Of a stretch of DNA of 64,000 nucleotides, positions 20,447-29,555 are shown one piece after another. The translations under genes and the position numbers were made by a program. The notes under the pieces were generated by a model. That model was not told where the DNA came from. It did no database searches and saw only the letters and a list, made by a program, of their open reading frames with translations. Source of the stretch: an uncultured delta proteobacterium (lineage in GTDB: Bacteria > Myxococcota > Myxococcia > Myxococcales > Myxococcaceae); NCBI GenBank assembly GCA_963776345.1, contig CAVZMH010000017.1, positions 32,001 to 96,000 on the forward strand, given 5' to 3'. Each line of letters starts with the position of its first letter. Positions within the stretch are counted from its first letter, which is position 1.

Positions 20447-21487
20447 GTGACCGGAGCCGAAGATTTCTGCCGCCGCGCTCTTCCGGAGGTGTCCCGCACC
20501 TTCGCGCTGAACATCCCGGTCCTTCCTCCGCCGCTGGACCTGGTGGTCACCGTCGCCTACCTCCTGTGCCGCATCGCCGACACGCTGGAGGACGAGGCCC
20601 GGGGGCAGGTGTCGGAGCGCGCCGAGCTGTTTCACGCGCTCGGACAGCTGGTGACCCTCGCGCCGGGCTGGGAGAAGCGGGCCGAGGAGTTCGCGCGCCG
20701 CTCGGTCGCCGCGCTCCGCCCCTCCGCGCCCTCGGCCGAGGTGCAGCTGGTCCAGGGGACACCGACGGTCCTGGAGGCGATGAGCGGCCTGCCGGACTGG
20801 ACTCACCGCCACATCGCCGCCTGCGTGGGAGAGATGACCGGCGGGATGGCACAGGTGATGGCCGATCTCGACGGCGGCGCGCCGCAGGGCCTGCCGGATC
20901 TGCGCGACACCCTCCAGTACTGCTACTACGTCGCCGGAACGGTGGGGGTGATGCTCACCGGACTCTTCGTCGACGGGGTCGACTCGGTGCGGCCGCGGAA
21001 GGCCGAGCTCGGACCGCGGGCCCCGGCGTTCGGGCGGGCGCTGCAGCTCACCAACATCCTCAAGGACATCCGCGAGGACCTGGACCGCGGCTTCTGCTGG
21101 CTGCCGCGGACCTACCTGGCGCGGCACGGCCTCTCGCCGGCCACGCTGATCCTCCCCGAGCGCCGGACGGCCGCGGTCGCGTTGCTCGACGACCTGGTGG
21201 CGGTGGCCCGCCACGAGTGCGACGTGGCCTTCGAGTACTCGCTCTTGCTTCCGCCTACCGAGCCCGGGCTCCGGCTGTTCTGCCTCTGGCCGCTCCTGTT
21301 CGCGCTGCGCACGCTCGGGGCGCTGGCCCACAACCCGGCGGTGTTCGAGCCGGCGCCGGTGAAGATCGGCCGGGAGACGGTGATGCGGATCATGGTCCTC
21401 ACCCGGGAGAGCGTGGCCGACGACGGCGGCCTGCAGGCGCTCTACGCCGAGTGCGCCCGCGGTCTCCCCGAGGCTCGGGCGGGATGA
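20447..21487 (+). CDS. Squalene synthase (single-enzyme, FDFT1-like)
   Basis: 'VSRTFALNI', 'YLLCRIADTLED', 'YCYYVAGTVG', 'LQLTNILKDIREDL..G.CWLP'. Confidence 0.88.
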   Translation: MTGAEDFCRRALPEVSRTFALNIPVLPPPLDLVVTVAYLLCRIADTLEDEARGQVSERAELFHALGQLVTLAPGWEKRAEEFARRSVAALRPSAPSAEVQLVQGTPTVLEAMSGLPDWTHRHIAACVGEMTGGMAQVMADLDGGAPQGLPDLRDTLQYCYYVAGTVGVMLTGLFVDGVDSVRPRKAELGPRAPAFGRALQLTNILKDIREDLDRGFCWLPRTYLARHGLSPATLILPERRTAAVALLDDLVAVARHECDVAFEYSLLLPPTEPGLRLFCLWPLLFALRTLGALAHNPAVFEPAPVKIGRETVMRIMVLTRESVADDGGLQALYAECARGLPEARAG

Positions 21488-23430
21488 CTGCCCCGAGGAC
21501 GCGGGCCGGCGCCTCCGCCACCGAGCGGGGGCTGGAGGTGCTCGCCGCCACCCAGGACGTGGGCGGCTCGTGGAAGGGCGACTACGGCGGGCCGCTGTTC
21601 CTGGTGCCGGTGTACGTGGCCGGGCTCGAGCTCCTCGGGCGGCCGCCCGACGCCGGAACGCGCGACGGCTTCATCGGCTACCTCCGCGGGCACCAGAACC
21701 CGGACGGCGGCTGGGGGCTGGACGTCGAGTCGCACAGCCACGTCTTCACCTCGGTGCTGGTCTACGTGACCTTGCGGCTCCTGGGAGTGCCGGCCGAGGA
21801 CCCCCCGCTGCAGCGGGCGCGGGCCTGGTTCCTGCCACTCGGCGGGCCGCTGTCCAGCGGCTCGTGGGGAAAGTTCATCCTGGCGCTGCTCGGGCTGTAC
21901 GACTACGCGGGCCTGGTCCCGGTGCCGCCAGAGCTGTGGCTCTTGCCCGAGTCGCTGCCGCTGCACCCCTCGAAGCTCTGGTGCCACTGCCGGATGGTGT
22001 ACCTGCCGATGAGCTGGCTCTACGGCCGGCGGGTGCGCGCCACGGAGACGCCGCTGCTGGCAGCCATCCGCCGGGAGATCTACGCCGAGCCCTACCAGAC
22101 CGTCGATTGGCCCGCGGCGCGCGAGCGGGTGGCCGAGACGGATGCGTACACCCCGAGGACCTCGTACCTGCGCGCGGCGAACGGCGTGCTCGGGCTGTGG
22201 GAGCGGTTCGCCCCGGCGGGAGCGCGCGAGCGGGCGCTGGACCTCGTCCTGGATCAGATCCGCCGCGAGGACCAGGCGACCAGCTACATCTGCATCGGGC
22301 CCATCAACAAGGTGCTGAACACCGTGGTGTGGCACATCGCCCGGCCCGGCGGGCCCGAGGTCGAGGCCCATGTGAAGCGGCTGCCCGACTACCTGTGGCG
22401 CGCGGCCGACGGGCTGAAGATGCAGGGCTACAACTCCTCGGAGCTCTGGGACACCGCGTTCGCGGTGCAGGGCGTCCTGGCGACCGGGGAGAGCGAGCGG
22501 ATGCGCCCGTCGCTGGAGCGCGCGGCGCACTACCTCGAGTCCAACCAGGTGCTGGAGGACGTGCCGGAGATGGAGAAGGGCTACCGGCACCGGAGCCGCG
22601 GCGGCTGGCCGTTCTCCACCCGGGCGCACGGCTGGCCGATCAGCGACTGCACCGCGGAGGGGCTCAAGGCCTCGCTCCTGCTGGAGAAGGTGGGGATGAA
22701 CCAGGTCCCCCGCGTGCGGCTGCGCGAGGCGGTGGAGGAGATCCTCTCGCTGCAGAACGAGGACGGCGGCTGGGCGACCTACGAGCTGCAGCGCGGGCCG
22801 AAGTGGCTCGAGGCGCTGAACCCCTCGGACGTCTTCTCGACCATCATGGTGGACGTCTCCTACGTCGAGTGCACCTCGGCCTGCGTGCAGGCGCTCGCCG
22901 CGTGGAGAGCCTTCGCCCCCGAGGACGCGCGGTGGCTGCGCGGGCCGATCCGCCGGGGCGAGCGGTTCATCCGGAAGGTGCAGCGCGCCGACGGCTCCTG
23001 GGAGGGCAGCTGGGGCGTGTGCTTCAGCTACGGCGCCTGGTTCGGGACCACGGGGCTGGTCGCCGCGGGAGCGCGGCCGGACGACCCGGCGCTCCGGCGC
23101 GCGGCGGACTACCTCGAGGCCCGGCAGCGCCCGGACGGGAGCTGGAGCGAGACGCTGGAGTCCAACCGCGCGCGGCGCTGGGTGGACGGGGCGCGCGGCC
23201 ACGCGGTGCAGACCTCGTGGGCGCTCCTGTCGCTGGCGGCCTGCGGGCGGCGCGACTCGGAGGCGGTGCGGCGCGGCGTGGCCTGGCTCCGGGAGCACCA
23301 GGGCGAGGACGGCCGCTGGCCCGAGCAGCCCATCACCGGCGTCTTCAACCGGACCAGCGCGATCCACTACGACATCTACCTGCGGCTCTTTCCCGTCTGG
23401 GCGCTCGCGGTCTGCGGCGCCGAGCGCTGA
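21484..23430 (+). CDS. osc: 2,3-oxidosqualene cyclase, predicted cycloartenol synthase
   Basis: DCTAE catalytic motif (not the DXDD of SHC), 'DYGGPLFL', 'WCHCRMVYLPM', 'CIGPINK', 'MQGYN', QxxDGxW repeats, 'GSWGVCFSYG', 'GVFN'. Confidence 0.95.
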   Translation: MTAPRTRAGASATERGLEVLAATQDVGGSWKGDYGGPLFLVPVYVAGLELLGRPPDAGTRDGFIGYLRGHQNPDGGWGLDVESHSHVFTSVLVYVTLRLLGVPAEDPPLQRARAWFLPLGGPLSSGSWGKFILALLGLYDYAGLVPVPPELWLLPESLPLHPSKLWCHCRMVYLPMSWLYGRRVRATETPLLAAIRREIYAEPYQTVDWPAARERVAETDAYTPRTSYLRAANGVLGLWERFAPAGARERALDLVLDQIRREDQATSYICIGPINKVLNTVVWHIARPGGPEVEAHVKRLPDYLWRAADGLKMQGYNSSELWDTAFAVQGVLATGESERMRPSLERAAHYLESNQVLEDVPEMEKGYRHRSRGGWPFSTRAHGWPISDCTAEGLKASLLLEKVGMNQVPRVRLREAVEEILSLQNEDGGWATYELQRGPKWLEALNPSDVFSTIMVDVSYVECTSACVQALAAWRAFAPEDARWLRGPIRRGERFIRKVQRADGSWEGSWGVCFSYGAWFGTTGLVAAGARPDDPALRRAADYLEARQRPDGSWSETLESNRARRWVDGARGHAVQTSWALLSLAACGRRDSEAVRRGVAWLREHQGEDGRWPEQPITGVFNRTSAIHYDIYLRLFPVWALAVCGAER

Positions 23431-23697
23431 GGGACGCCGCGGCGGCGCGGGTGCGGAGCCGAGGGGCCCGAGTGGAGGCGCGAGTGGAGGTGCCAAACAC
23501 TCGTGACCGCCAGCGCTGCTCGGCCGGCCCTGCGGCCGTCTCCCACTGCGCGCGGGACTGAGCCCGCGGCTCGCGCACCGGCGCCCGCGCGGTCGGGCCG
23601 ATTCGCTGCATCGTGCCGACCGCTCACCGCAGCCCGTGCAAGAGTGCCCCCCTCTCCGCGACCCCTCGGGATGGTCGCCACTCCACGGAACGCTCGG

Positions 23698-25839
23698 ATG
23701 CGCCTCCCTCTCGCCCTCGCCTCGGTCACCCTCCTCGCCTGCGCCGGAGCCCCGAAGCCCGCTCCGCCCCCGCCTCGCGAGCCAGCGCCCCTCGCCCCCC
23801 CACCGGTGGTGAAGGCTCCCCCGCCGGTCGACGAGCCGCTGGGCGCCGCGGCGGCGCGGATCTCCGGGCCGGTCCCGGCGTTCACCGCCGCCTGCCAGGA
23901 CGCGATGGCCCGCGCGCGCGTCGGCCTCGAGGCGGTGAAGACCAGCAGGCCGCCCCGGGACACCGTGGCGACGCTCACCGCGTACGACGATGCGCTCGCC
24001 GCCATCAACGACGCCGGCGCGCAGTCCGAGCTCGCGCGGCAGGGCAGCCCGGACCCGGCGATGCGCAAGGCCGCCGAGCAGTGCGACCGGGAGATCCAGG
24101 CGATGTCCACCGCCATCAACCAGGATCGCGCCCTCTACGACGTGCTCTCCGGGCTCGACCTCTCGGGGCAGGACGGGGCGACCCGGTGGTGGATGACGCG
24201 CGACCTGCGCGAATTCCGCCGCGCCGGCGTGGACCGGGACGACACCACCCGCCAGGAGATTCGCGCCCTGAGCGACGAGATCGTCGCCATCGGCCAGGAG
24301 TTCGACCGGAACATCCGCGACGGCACGAAGACCGTGGCCTTCGCCCCCGCCGACCTCGCCGGCTTGCCGGAGGACTTCCGCAAGGCGCATCCGCCCGGGG
24401 CCGACGGCAAGGTGACCCTCAACACCGACTACCCGGACTACCACCCGTTCATGGCCTACGCCCGCAGCGGCAAGGCACGGGAGACGCTGTGGCGGGCCTA
24501 CAACACCCGGGCGCCGGCCAACGCCGAGGTCCTCACCCGCCTGCTCGCCAAGCGGTACGCGCTGGCCAGGTTGCTCGGCTACGCCAGCTGGGCCGACTAC
24601 ACCACCGAGAACAAGATGATCGGCACCGGGAAGGCCGCCTCCGACTTCGTGGAGCGGATCTCCTCGGCCGCGGCCACGCGGTCCAGGGTCGAGCTAGCCC
24701 AGGTCCTCGCCCGCAAGCGCAAGGACGTGCCTGAGGCGGCCCACCTCGAGGGCTGGGACTACGGTTACTACTCCGACCGGGTGAAGATGGAGCAGTACCG
24801 CTTCGACGCCAAGGCGGCCCGTCCGTACTTCGAGGCCGACCACATGGTTCAGGGCGTGATGGACGTCTCGGGGAAGCTGCTCGACGTCACGTACCGTCCG
24901 GTGCAGGGCGCGACCGTCTGGCACCCGGAGGTCCAGGTCTACGACGTCATCGGAGGGCCCTCGTTCGGCGAGCGCTCGGGCCGGTTGCTCGGACGCATCT
25001 ACCTCGACCTCCACCCTCGCGAGGGGAAGTACAAGCACGCCGCCCAGTACACCGTCATCTCCGGCCAGGCGGAGCACCGGCTTCCCGAGGGGGCGCTGCT
25101 CTGCAACTTCCCCCGCTCGGGCGGACTGATGGAGTACGGCGACGTCCAGACGCTGTTCCACGAGTTCGGCCACCTGGTGCACCACGTGCTGGGCGGGCAC
25201 ACCGGGTGGGCCGCGAACTCCGGGGTGCGAACCGAGCAGGACTTCGTCGAGGCCCCCTCGCAGATGCTCGAGGAGTGGACGCGCGACGGGGGCGTGCTCC
25301 AGGGATTCGCCCGCCACGTGAAGACCGGCCAGCCCATCCCGGCGAAGATGGTCAAGCAGCTCAGGGCCGCGGAGGAGTTCGGCAAGGGCGTCGACGTGCG
25401 GCAGCAGATGTTCTACGCCGCGACCAGCCTGCACCTCTACGACCGCGACCCACGCGGGCTGGAGCCGACGGCCTTCGTCGCCGATCTGCAGTCCCGCTAC
25501 GGGCCGTTCCCCTACGTCCCGGGCACCACGTTCTACACGGCCTTCGGTCACCTGAACGGATACAGCGCCGTGTACTACACGTACATGTGGTCGCTGGTCA
25601 TCGCCAAGGACCTCTTCACCGCGTTCGAGGCGAAGGGTGTGTTCGATCCGGAGACCGGCGCGCGCTACCGGCGCACCGTCCTCGAGCCGGGCGGCGGCAA
25701 GCCGGCGGCGGAGCTGGTCGCCGACTTTCTCGGGCGCCCCTACGACTTCAGGGCCTACGAGGCGTGGCTCGGGCGCGGAGCGCGTCCGGCACCGAAGACG
25801 CCCGCTGCCGGAGGACGGGGACCCGCGGCGCTTCACTGA
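23698..25839 (+). CDS. M3 family (thimet oligopeptidase-like) metallopeptidase lipoprotein
   Basis: Lipobox LLAC, 'YLDLHPREGKYKHAA', 'TLFHEFGH', 'DFVEAPSQMLE', 'FGHL.GYSA.YYTYMWS'. Confidence 0.93.
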   Translation: MRLPLALASVTLLACAGAPKPAPPPPREPAPLAPPPVVKAPPPVDEPLGAAAARISGPVPAFTAACQDAMARARVGLEAVKTSRPPRDTVATLTAYDDALAAINDAGAQSELARQGSPDPAMRKAAEQCDREIQAMSTAINQDRALYDVLSGLDLSGQDGATRWWMTRDLREFRRAGVDRDDTTRQEIRALSDEIVAIGQEFDRNIRDGTKTVAFAPADLAGLPEDFRKAHPPGADGKVTLNTDYPDYHPFMAYARSGKARETLWRAYNTRAPANAEVLTRLLAKRYALARLLGYASWADYTTENKMIGTGKAASDFVERISSAAATRSRVELAQVLARKRKDVPEAAHLEGWDYGYYSDRVKMEQYRFDAKAARPYFEADHMVQGVMDVSGKLLDVTYRPVQGATVWHPEVQVYDVIGGPSFGERSGRLLGRIYLDLHPREGKYKHAAQYTVISGQAEHRLPEGALLCNFPRSGGLMEYGDVQTLFHEFGHLVHHVLGGHTGWAANSGVRTEQDFVEAPSQMLEEWTRDGGVLQGFARHVKTGQPIPAKMVKQLRAAEEFGKGVDVRQQMFYAATSLHLYDRDPRGLEPTAFVADLQSRYGPFPYVPGTTFYTAFGHLNGYSAVYYTYMWSLVIAKDLFTAFEAKGVFDPETGARYRRTVLEPGGGKPAAELVADFLGRPYDFRAYEAWLGRGARPAPKTPAAGGRGPAALH

Positions 25840-25859
25840 GCCCGGGCGGGCCTCGCGCC

Positions 25860-27173
25860 TCAGAGCGAGCGGAGGAAGGTGAGCAGCTGCTCCTGCGACG
25901 CCGGGGGGAGCGCGTCGAAGCCCTTTCGCGCCGACATCGCCTCGCCCTGGTGCCGGACGATGGCCTCGCGCAGGGTGCCGGAGAGGCCGTCGTGCATCAG
26001 CCGGCTCCGGGTGCGCAGGCCCCACAGCGGGGCGGTCCGGATCCGGTTGGCGCTCCCGGCGAAGGTCTGCTGCATCCCGGCGAACGCCGGGCCGTGATGC
26101 TCCGGGACGGCGAGCACGATGCCGTCGCCCGTGCCCACGTCGTGCATCAGGTAGTCGCTGTAGGGGTGAATGGTCTTGCTCCCCAGCGCCGGCCCGACGC
26201 GGTACGGGCCGCCGAACAAGGGCGTCCCGGTGGGGAGGGTGGTCAGGGTCGGCGCGTGGCAGACCGCGCAGCCGATGGTCTCGAACAGCAGCGAGCCGTT
26301 GCGCGCCTCCGGGGTGGAGGCCAGGCGCGCGTCCCGTGGGGGCGCCTTGGTCGCGCGGATGAAGCGGGCGAACCGGTCCAGGTCGGTGGCTCCGCTGCCG
26401 TCCGGATGGTCCTCCGGGTCGGGCACGGTGTCGCAGAGCGAGGTGACCTCCACCGGCCTCAGCACGCTGGTGACCCCCATCTCGTTGAGGTACGCGTCCG
26501 CGGAGAAGGAGAGGAGGCTCGCGTGCTCCGCCTTCCAGCCGAATCGTCCGATGTGGACCGCCCCGGGGGATTCCAGGACCGGAACGAGCATCGGGGTTCC
26601 GCACACGCCGAGATCGGGCTGTGAGCACTGCCACCGGGCGATGGCGCGCAGCAGCTCGTCGGGCACCGCCTCCACGTACCCGTCGCCGAGCAGGCTGAGG
26701 GAGATCCGCAGGGCGCGAACGTTCTCCGAGTCCGGGAGGTGCTCCTGGGCGTCGCGGTCCGGGAACTCCGGGCCCGGGCAGATCGCCTTGTCGTTGATCA
26801 GGGTCCGGCCGGAGACGACGACCGCGCCGCCTCCGATGCGAACCTCGGGGAAGCCGAACTCGCCCTGCGCGTTGCGGTGGCCGGCGCGAAGCTCGGTCAC
26901 CTGGCTTCCGCCGCCGGCGACCGGGTTCTCGTGGCAGTCGCGGCAGGAGTGGGCGTTGTAGAGCGGGCCGAGCCCGGACGAGACCTCCTCCTGGTGGTCG
27001 AACGCGGCCTGGTCCGTGCGGTGCGTGGAGAGGTCGACCAGCCCGTTGGGGAGCCCGTCGAACCCGGCGTGGGCCTCGGCGGCCTGCTGGGGCGGGGGCG
27101 CCGGCACCGGGGCGCGCGGAGTCGACGTGGTGCAGGCGGTGCAGGCGAGGAGACAGGTGAGCACGCGCCGCAT
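25860..27173 (-). CDS. Di-heme oxidoreductase (DHOR/DUF1111) family protein
   Basis: 'GLGPLYNA.SCRDCH', 'GRFGWKA', 'AYLNEMG', 'CAVCH', 'YSD.LMHDVG', 'RTAPLWG', 'MHDG'. Confidence 0.88.
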   Translation of the reverse strand: MRRVLTCLLACTACTTSTPRAPVPAPPPQQAAEAHAGFDGLPNGLVDLSTHRTDQAAFDHQEEVSSGLGPLYNAHSCRDCHENPVAGGGSQVTELRAGHRNAQGEFGFPEVRIGGGAVVVSGRTLINDKAICPGPEFPDRDAQEHLPDSENVRALRISLSLLGDGYVEAVPDELLRAIARWQCSQPDLGVCGTPMLVPVLESPGAVHIGRFGWKAEHASLLSFSADAYLNEMGVTSVLRPVEVTSLCDTVPDPEDHPDGSGATDLDRFARFIRATKAPPRDARLASTPEARNGSLLFETIGCAVCHAPTLTTLPTGTPLFGGPYRVGPALGSKTIHPYSDYLMHDVGTGDGIVLAVPEHHGPAFAGMQQTFAGSANRIRTAPLWGLRTRSRLMHDGLSGTLREAIVRHQGEAMSARKGFDALPPASQEQLLTFLRSL

Positions 27174-27267
27174 GGCGCACCTCCGGTCGCGTCCCTGCTC
27201 CCCTCGAGACGCTGGCCGACACTTCTACCGCCCGGTCTGCCGGGGCGGCAACCGGCCACGGGCCGCC

Positions 27268-27618
27268 TCAGCCGGGGATGACGTTGGGTGCGCGCGTCAC
27301 CACCACCGTCCTCGGCGCGGTCTGGAAATGCGCCGAGGGGTCCACCGTCCCCGGGTAGCTCAGGCCGGCGTGGGTGAGCGTGAGCGTGCTCGACCCGGGC
27401 GGATGCTCGACCACGGTCAGGTTGTCCTGGACGGTCACCCCGGAGCACGTCCCGCCCGGAAGCAGCGTGACCAGCGTCTGGTACGTCCCTCCGAGCGAGA
27501 GCAGGTTGCCTCCGCCTCCTGCGTCAGGCCCTCCGGGCGACGCGCCCGAGTCGCCACAGCCGGACGCCGCCAGCGAGAGGAGCACCGGGGTCATCCAACG
27601 TCGGGAGCGGATGAGCAT
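27268..27618 (-). CDS. Small putative lipoprotein
   Basis: Lipobox-like 'LAASGC', beta-rich body. Start uncertain (27618 or 27594). Confidence 0.55.
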   Translation of the reverse strand: MLIRSRRWMTPVLLSLAASGCGDSGASPGGPDAGGGGNLLSLGGTYQTLVTLLPGGTCSGVTVQDNLTVVEHPPGSSTLTLTHAGLSYPGTVDPSAHFQTAPRTVVVTRAPNVIPG

Positions 27619-27630
27619 GCGTCCTGGTAG

Positions 27631-27646
27631 AGCACAGGACATGCCG
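27631..27646 (-). promoter_or_regulatory. Possible sigma54-like promoter
   Basis: Minus strand CGGCATGTCCTGTGCT (GG-N10-GC) just upstream of the lipoprotein gene. Confidence 0.4.
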
Positions 27647-27729
27647 TTGCATCTGCCGCCGGCCGCCGACTCGCTGCACGTCGGCTCGGTTTCGCTGCAG
27701 CCCCGACCTTCCGACCGGCGGCGCGGCGA

Positions 27730-27975
27730 TCAGGACCGCTTCTTCAGCTCAGCCTGGTGCTCCCGGACAAAGGCACGGATGTCCTCGGCCATGTCCAGCA
27801 GCTTGAGCCACTGCTCCTGGTAGAGCGTGACCGGGAAGCGGCCGAGACCGTAGACGGAGAGGCCGCCCTTCTCGCTGACCTTCATCGAGACCGCGCCGGT
27901 CCGACGGGTCCGCAACGCCTCGTTCTCGGCCTTCAGCCGCTCCAGCTCCGCTCGGAGTTCGTCGTCGGTCGCCAT
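27730..27975 (-). CDS. Small conserved hypothetical protein (coiled coil + beta domain)
   Basis: 'ELERLKAENEAL' followed by 'SMKVSEKGGLSVYGLGRFPVTLYQEQW'. Confidence 0.8.
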   Translation of the reverse strand: MATDDELRAELERLKAENEALRTRRTGAVSMKVSEKGGLSVYGLGRFPVTLYQEQWLKLLDMAEDIRAFVREHQAELKKRS

Positions 27976-28004
27976 GGAGGAAAGCATATAGCTCGGAACG
28001 GCGG

Positions 28005-28032
28005 AGGGGCGGCCGGCGCCGCACCGCCCCTC
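28005..28032. terminator. GC hairpin downstream of the GYD gene
   Basis: GAGGGGCGG...CCGCCCCTC inverted repeat; no clear U-tract. Confidence 0.3.
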
Positions 28033-28043
28033 GACCCGCTGGA

Positions 28044-28337
28044 TCAGGGAAGCCCCGAGACCAGCTTCCGGTACTCGGCCTCGTTGAACACCCGCATGGT
28101 CTCGGTCCGCACGTTCCCCTGCGCACCGATGGCCAGCGCCATCTTGGCGGCGACCTCGTCGCTCGGCCCTTCGATCACCGCGATCGCGTCGTAGTGACCG
28201 AGGCCGAGGTAGTAGGACTTGATCTCCGCTCCCGCGGACTGGAAGGCCTTCTTCGCGGCCTCCAGGCGGGCGGGCCCCTCCTTGATGTTGCGAATGCCCT
28301 GATCGGTGAAGCGCATCAGCGTCACGTAGGTCGGCAT
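28044..28337 (-). CDS. GYD domain protein
   Basis: 'MPTYVTLMRFTDQG', 'LGHYD', 'GNVRTETMRVF'. Confidence 0.88.
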   Translation of the reverse strand: MPTYVTLMRFTDQGIRNIKEGPARLEAAKKAFQSAGAEIKSYYLGLGHYDAIAVIEGPSDEVAAKMALAIGAQGNVRTETMRVFNEAEYRKLVSGLP

Positions 28338-28508
28338 GACTCGACTCCCTTTCTGCGGCGCCGACGCCGGCACTGAGCCAGCGCCGGTCGGGCTACGGTT
28401 AACCCGTGATGCGAGGGCCGCAAGCCACCCGCCCGAGCGTCGAGCCTGGCCGCCCGTTCGCGCGCGGGTGGATTCCGTTCGCGGTCGATCGGGTTCATCC
28501 TCCGGGTC

Positions 28509-29498
28509 GTGCGTGCCCAGGTCCTCGACCGTGCCGGCGTCCCGCTCGCCCTGCGTGAGGTCCCGGAGCCGCGCCCGGGGCCCGACCAGGTCCGGGTGGC
28601 GGTGAGCGCCTGCGGGGTGTGCCGGACCGACCTGCACGTGCTCGATGGCGAGCTGACGGAGCCGAAGCTTCCGCTGGTGCTCGGGCACCAGATCGTCGGG
28701 ACCGTGGTCGAGCGCGGCGCCGGCGTGAGCACGCTCGCAGTGGGGGACCGGGTGGGCATCCCGTGGCTCGGGTGGACCGACGGCACCTGCGCCTACTGCC
28801 GCTCGGGCCGGGAGAACCTCTGCGAGGCGGCGCGCTTCACCGGCTACACGCTCGACGGAGGATTCGCCGAGCAGACGGTGGCCGATGCCCGGTTCTGCTT
28901 CCTGCTCCCGGCGGGGTTCGACGACGTGCACGCCGCGCCGCTGCTCTGCGCTGGGCTCATCGGCTACCGAGCGCTCCGGCTCGCGGGCGACGCTCCTCGC
29001 ATCGGCTTCTATGGATTCGGCGCCTCGGCGCATCTCCTGGCGCAGGTGGTGGTGGCGCAGGGGCGCGCGCTGTTCGCCTTCACCCGGGACGGCGACGTCC
29101 GCGGCCAGGCCTTCGCCCGCGAGCGGGGCGCGGTGTGGGCCGGTGGCTCGAGCGAGAGACCGCCCATGCCGCTCGACGCGGCCATCGTCTTCGCCTCGGC
29201 GGGCGAGCTGGTGGTGCGCGCACTCGAGGCGCTCGCGCCCGGCGGGACGGTGGTGTGCGCCGGCATCCACATGAGCGACATCCCGTCGTTCTCGTACGAC
29301 CTGCTCTGGGAGGAGCGCAGCATCCGGTCCGTGGCGAACCTCACCCGTGAGGACGGGCGCGAGTTCCTCCCGCTGGCGGCACGGCTCGGAGTCCGGCCCG
29401 AGGTGACGGTGTTCCCACTCGAGCAGGCGAACGAGGCGCTGAAGGCTCTTCGCGAGGGGCGCTTCACCGGCGCCGCGGTGCTCACCGTCGGCGCGTGA
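28509..29498 (+). CDS. Zn-dependent alcohol dehydrogenase
   Basis: 'CGVCRTDLH', 'GHQ', structural-Zn CxxC...C, 'APLLCAGLIGY', 'GFGASAH'. Confidence 0.92.
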   Translation: MRAQVLDRAGVPLALREVPEPRPGPDQVRVAVSACGVCRTDLHVLDGELTEPKLPLVLGHQIVGTVVERGAGVSTLAVGDRVGIPWLGWTDGTCAYCRSGRENLCEAARFTGYTLDGGFAEQTVADARFCFLLPAGFDDVHAAPLLCAGLIGYRALRLAGDAPRIGFYGFGASAHLLAQVVVAQGRALFAFTRDGDVRGQAFARERGAVWAGGSSERPPMPLDAAIVFASAGELVVRALEALAPGGTVVCAGIHMSDIPSFSYDLLWEERSIRSVANLTREDGREFLPLAARLGVRPEVTVFPLEQANEALKALREGRFTGAAVLTVGA

Positions 29499-29555
29499 GC
29501 AGATGCGCTCCGGATCCGCGCACGTGCGAGCGCTGGACCGCCTCGAGGAACCCGT

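Noticed and set aside
20447..21487. Phytoene synthase (carotenoid pathway)
   Set aside because: No crt desaturase nearby; motifs and coupling to OSC favour squalene synthase.
21484..23430. Squalene-hopene cyclase / hopanoid cluster
   Set aside because: The catalytic motif is DCTAE rather than DXDD, and a squalene epoxidase is adjacent.
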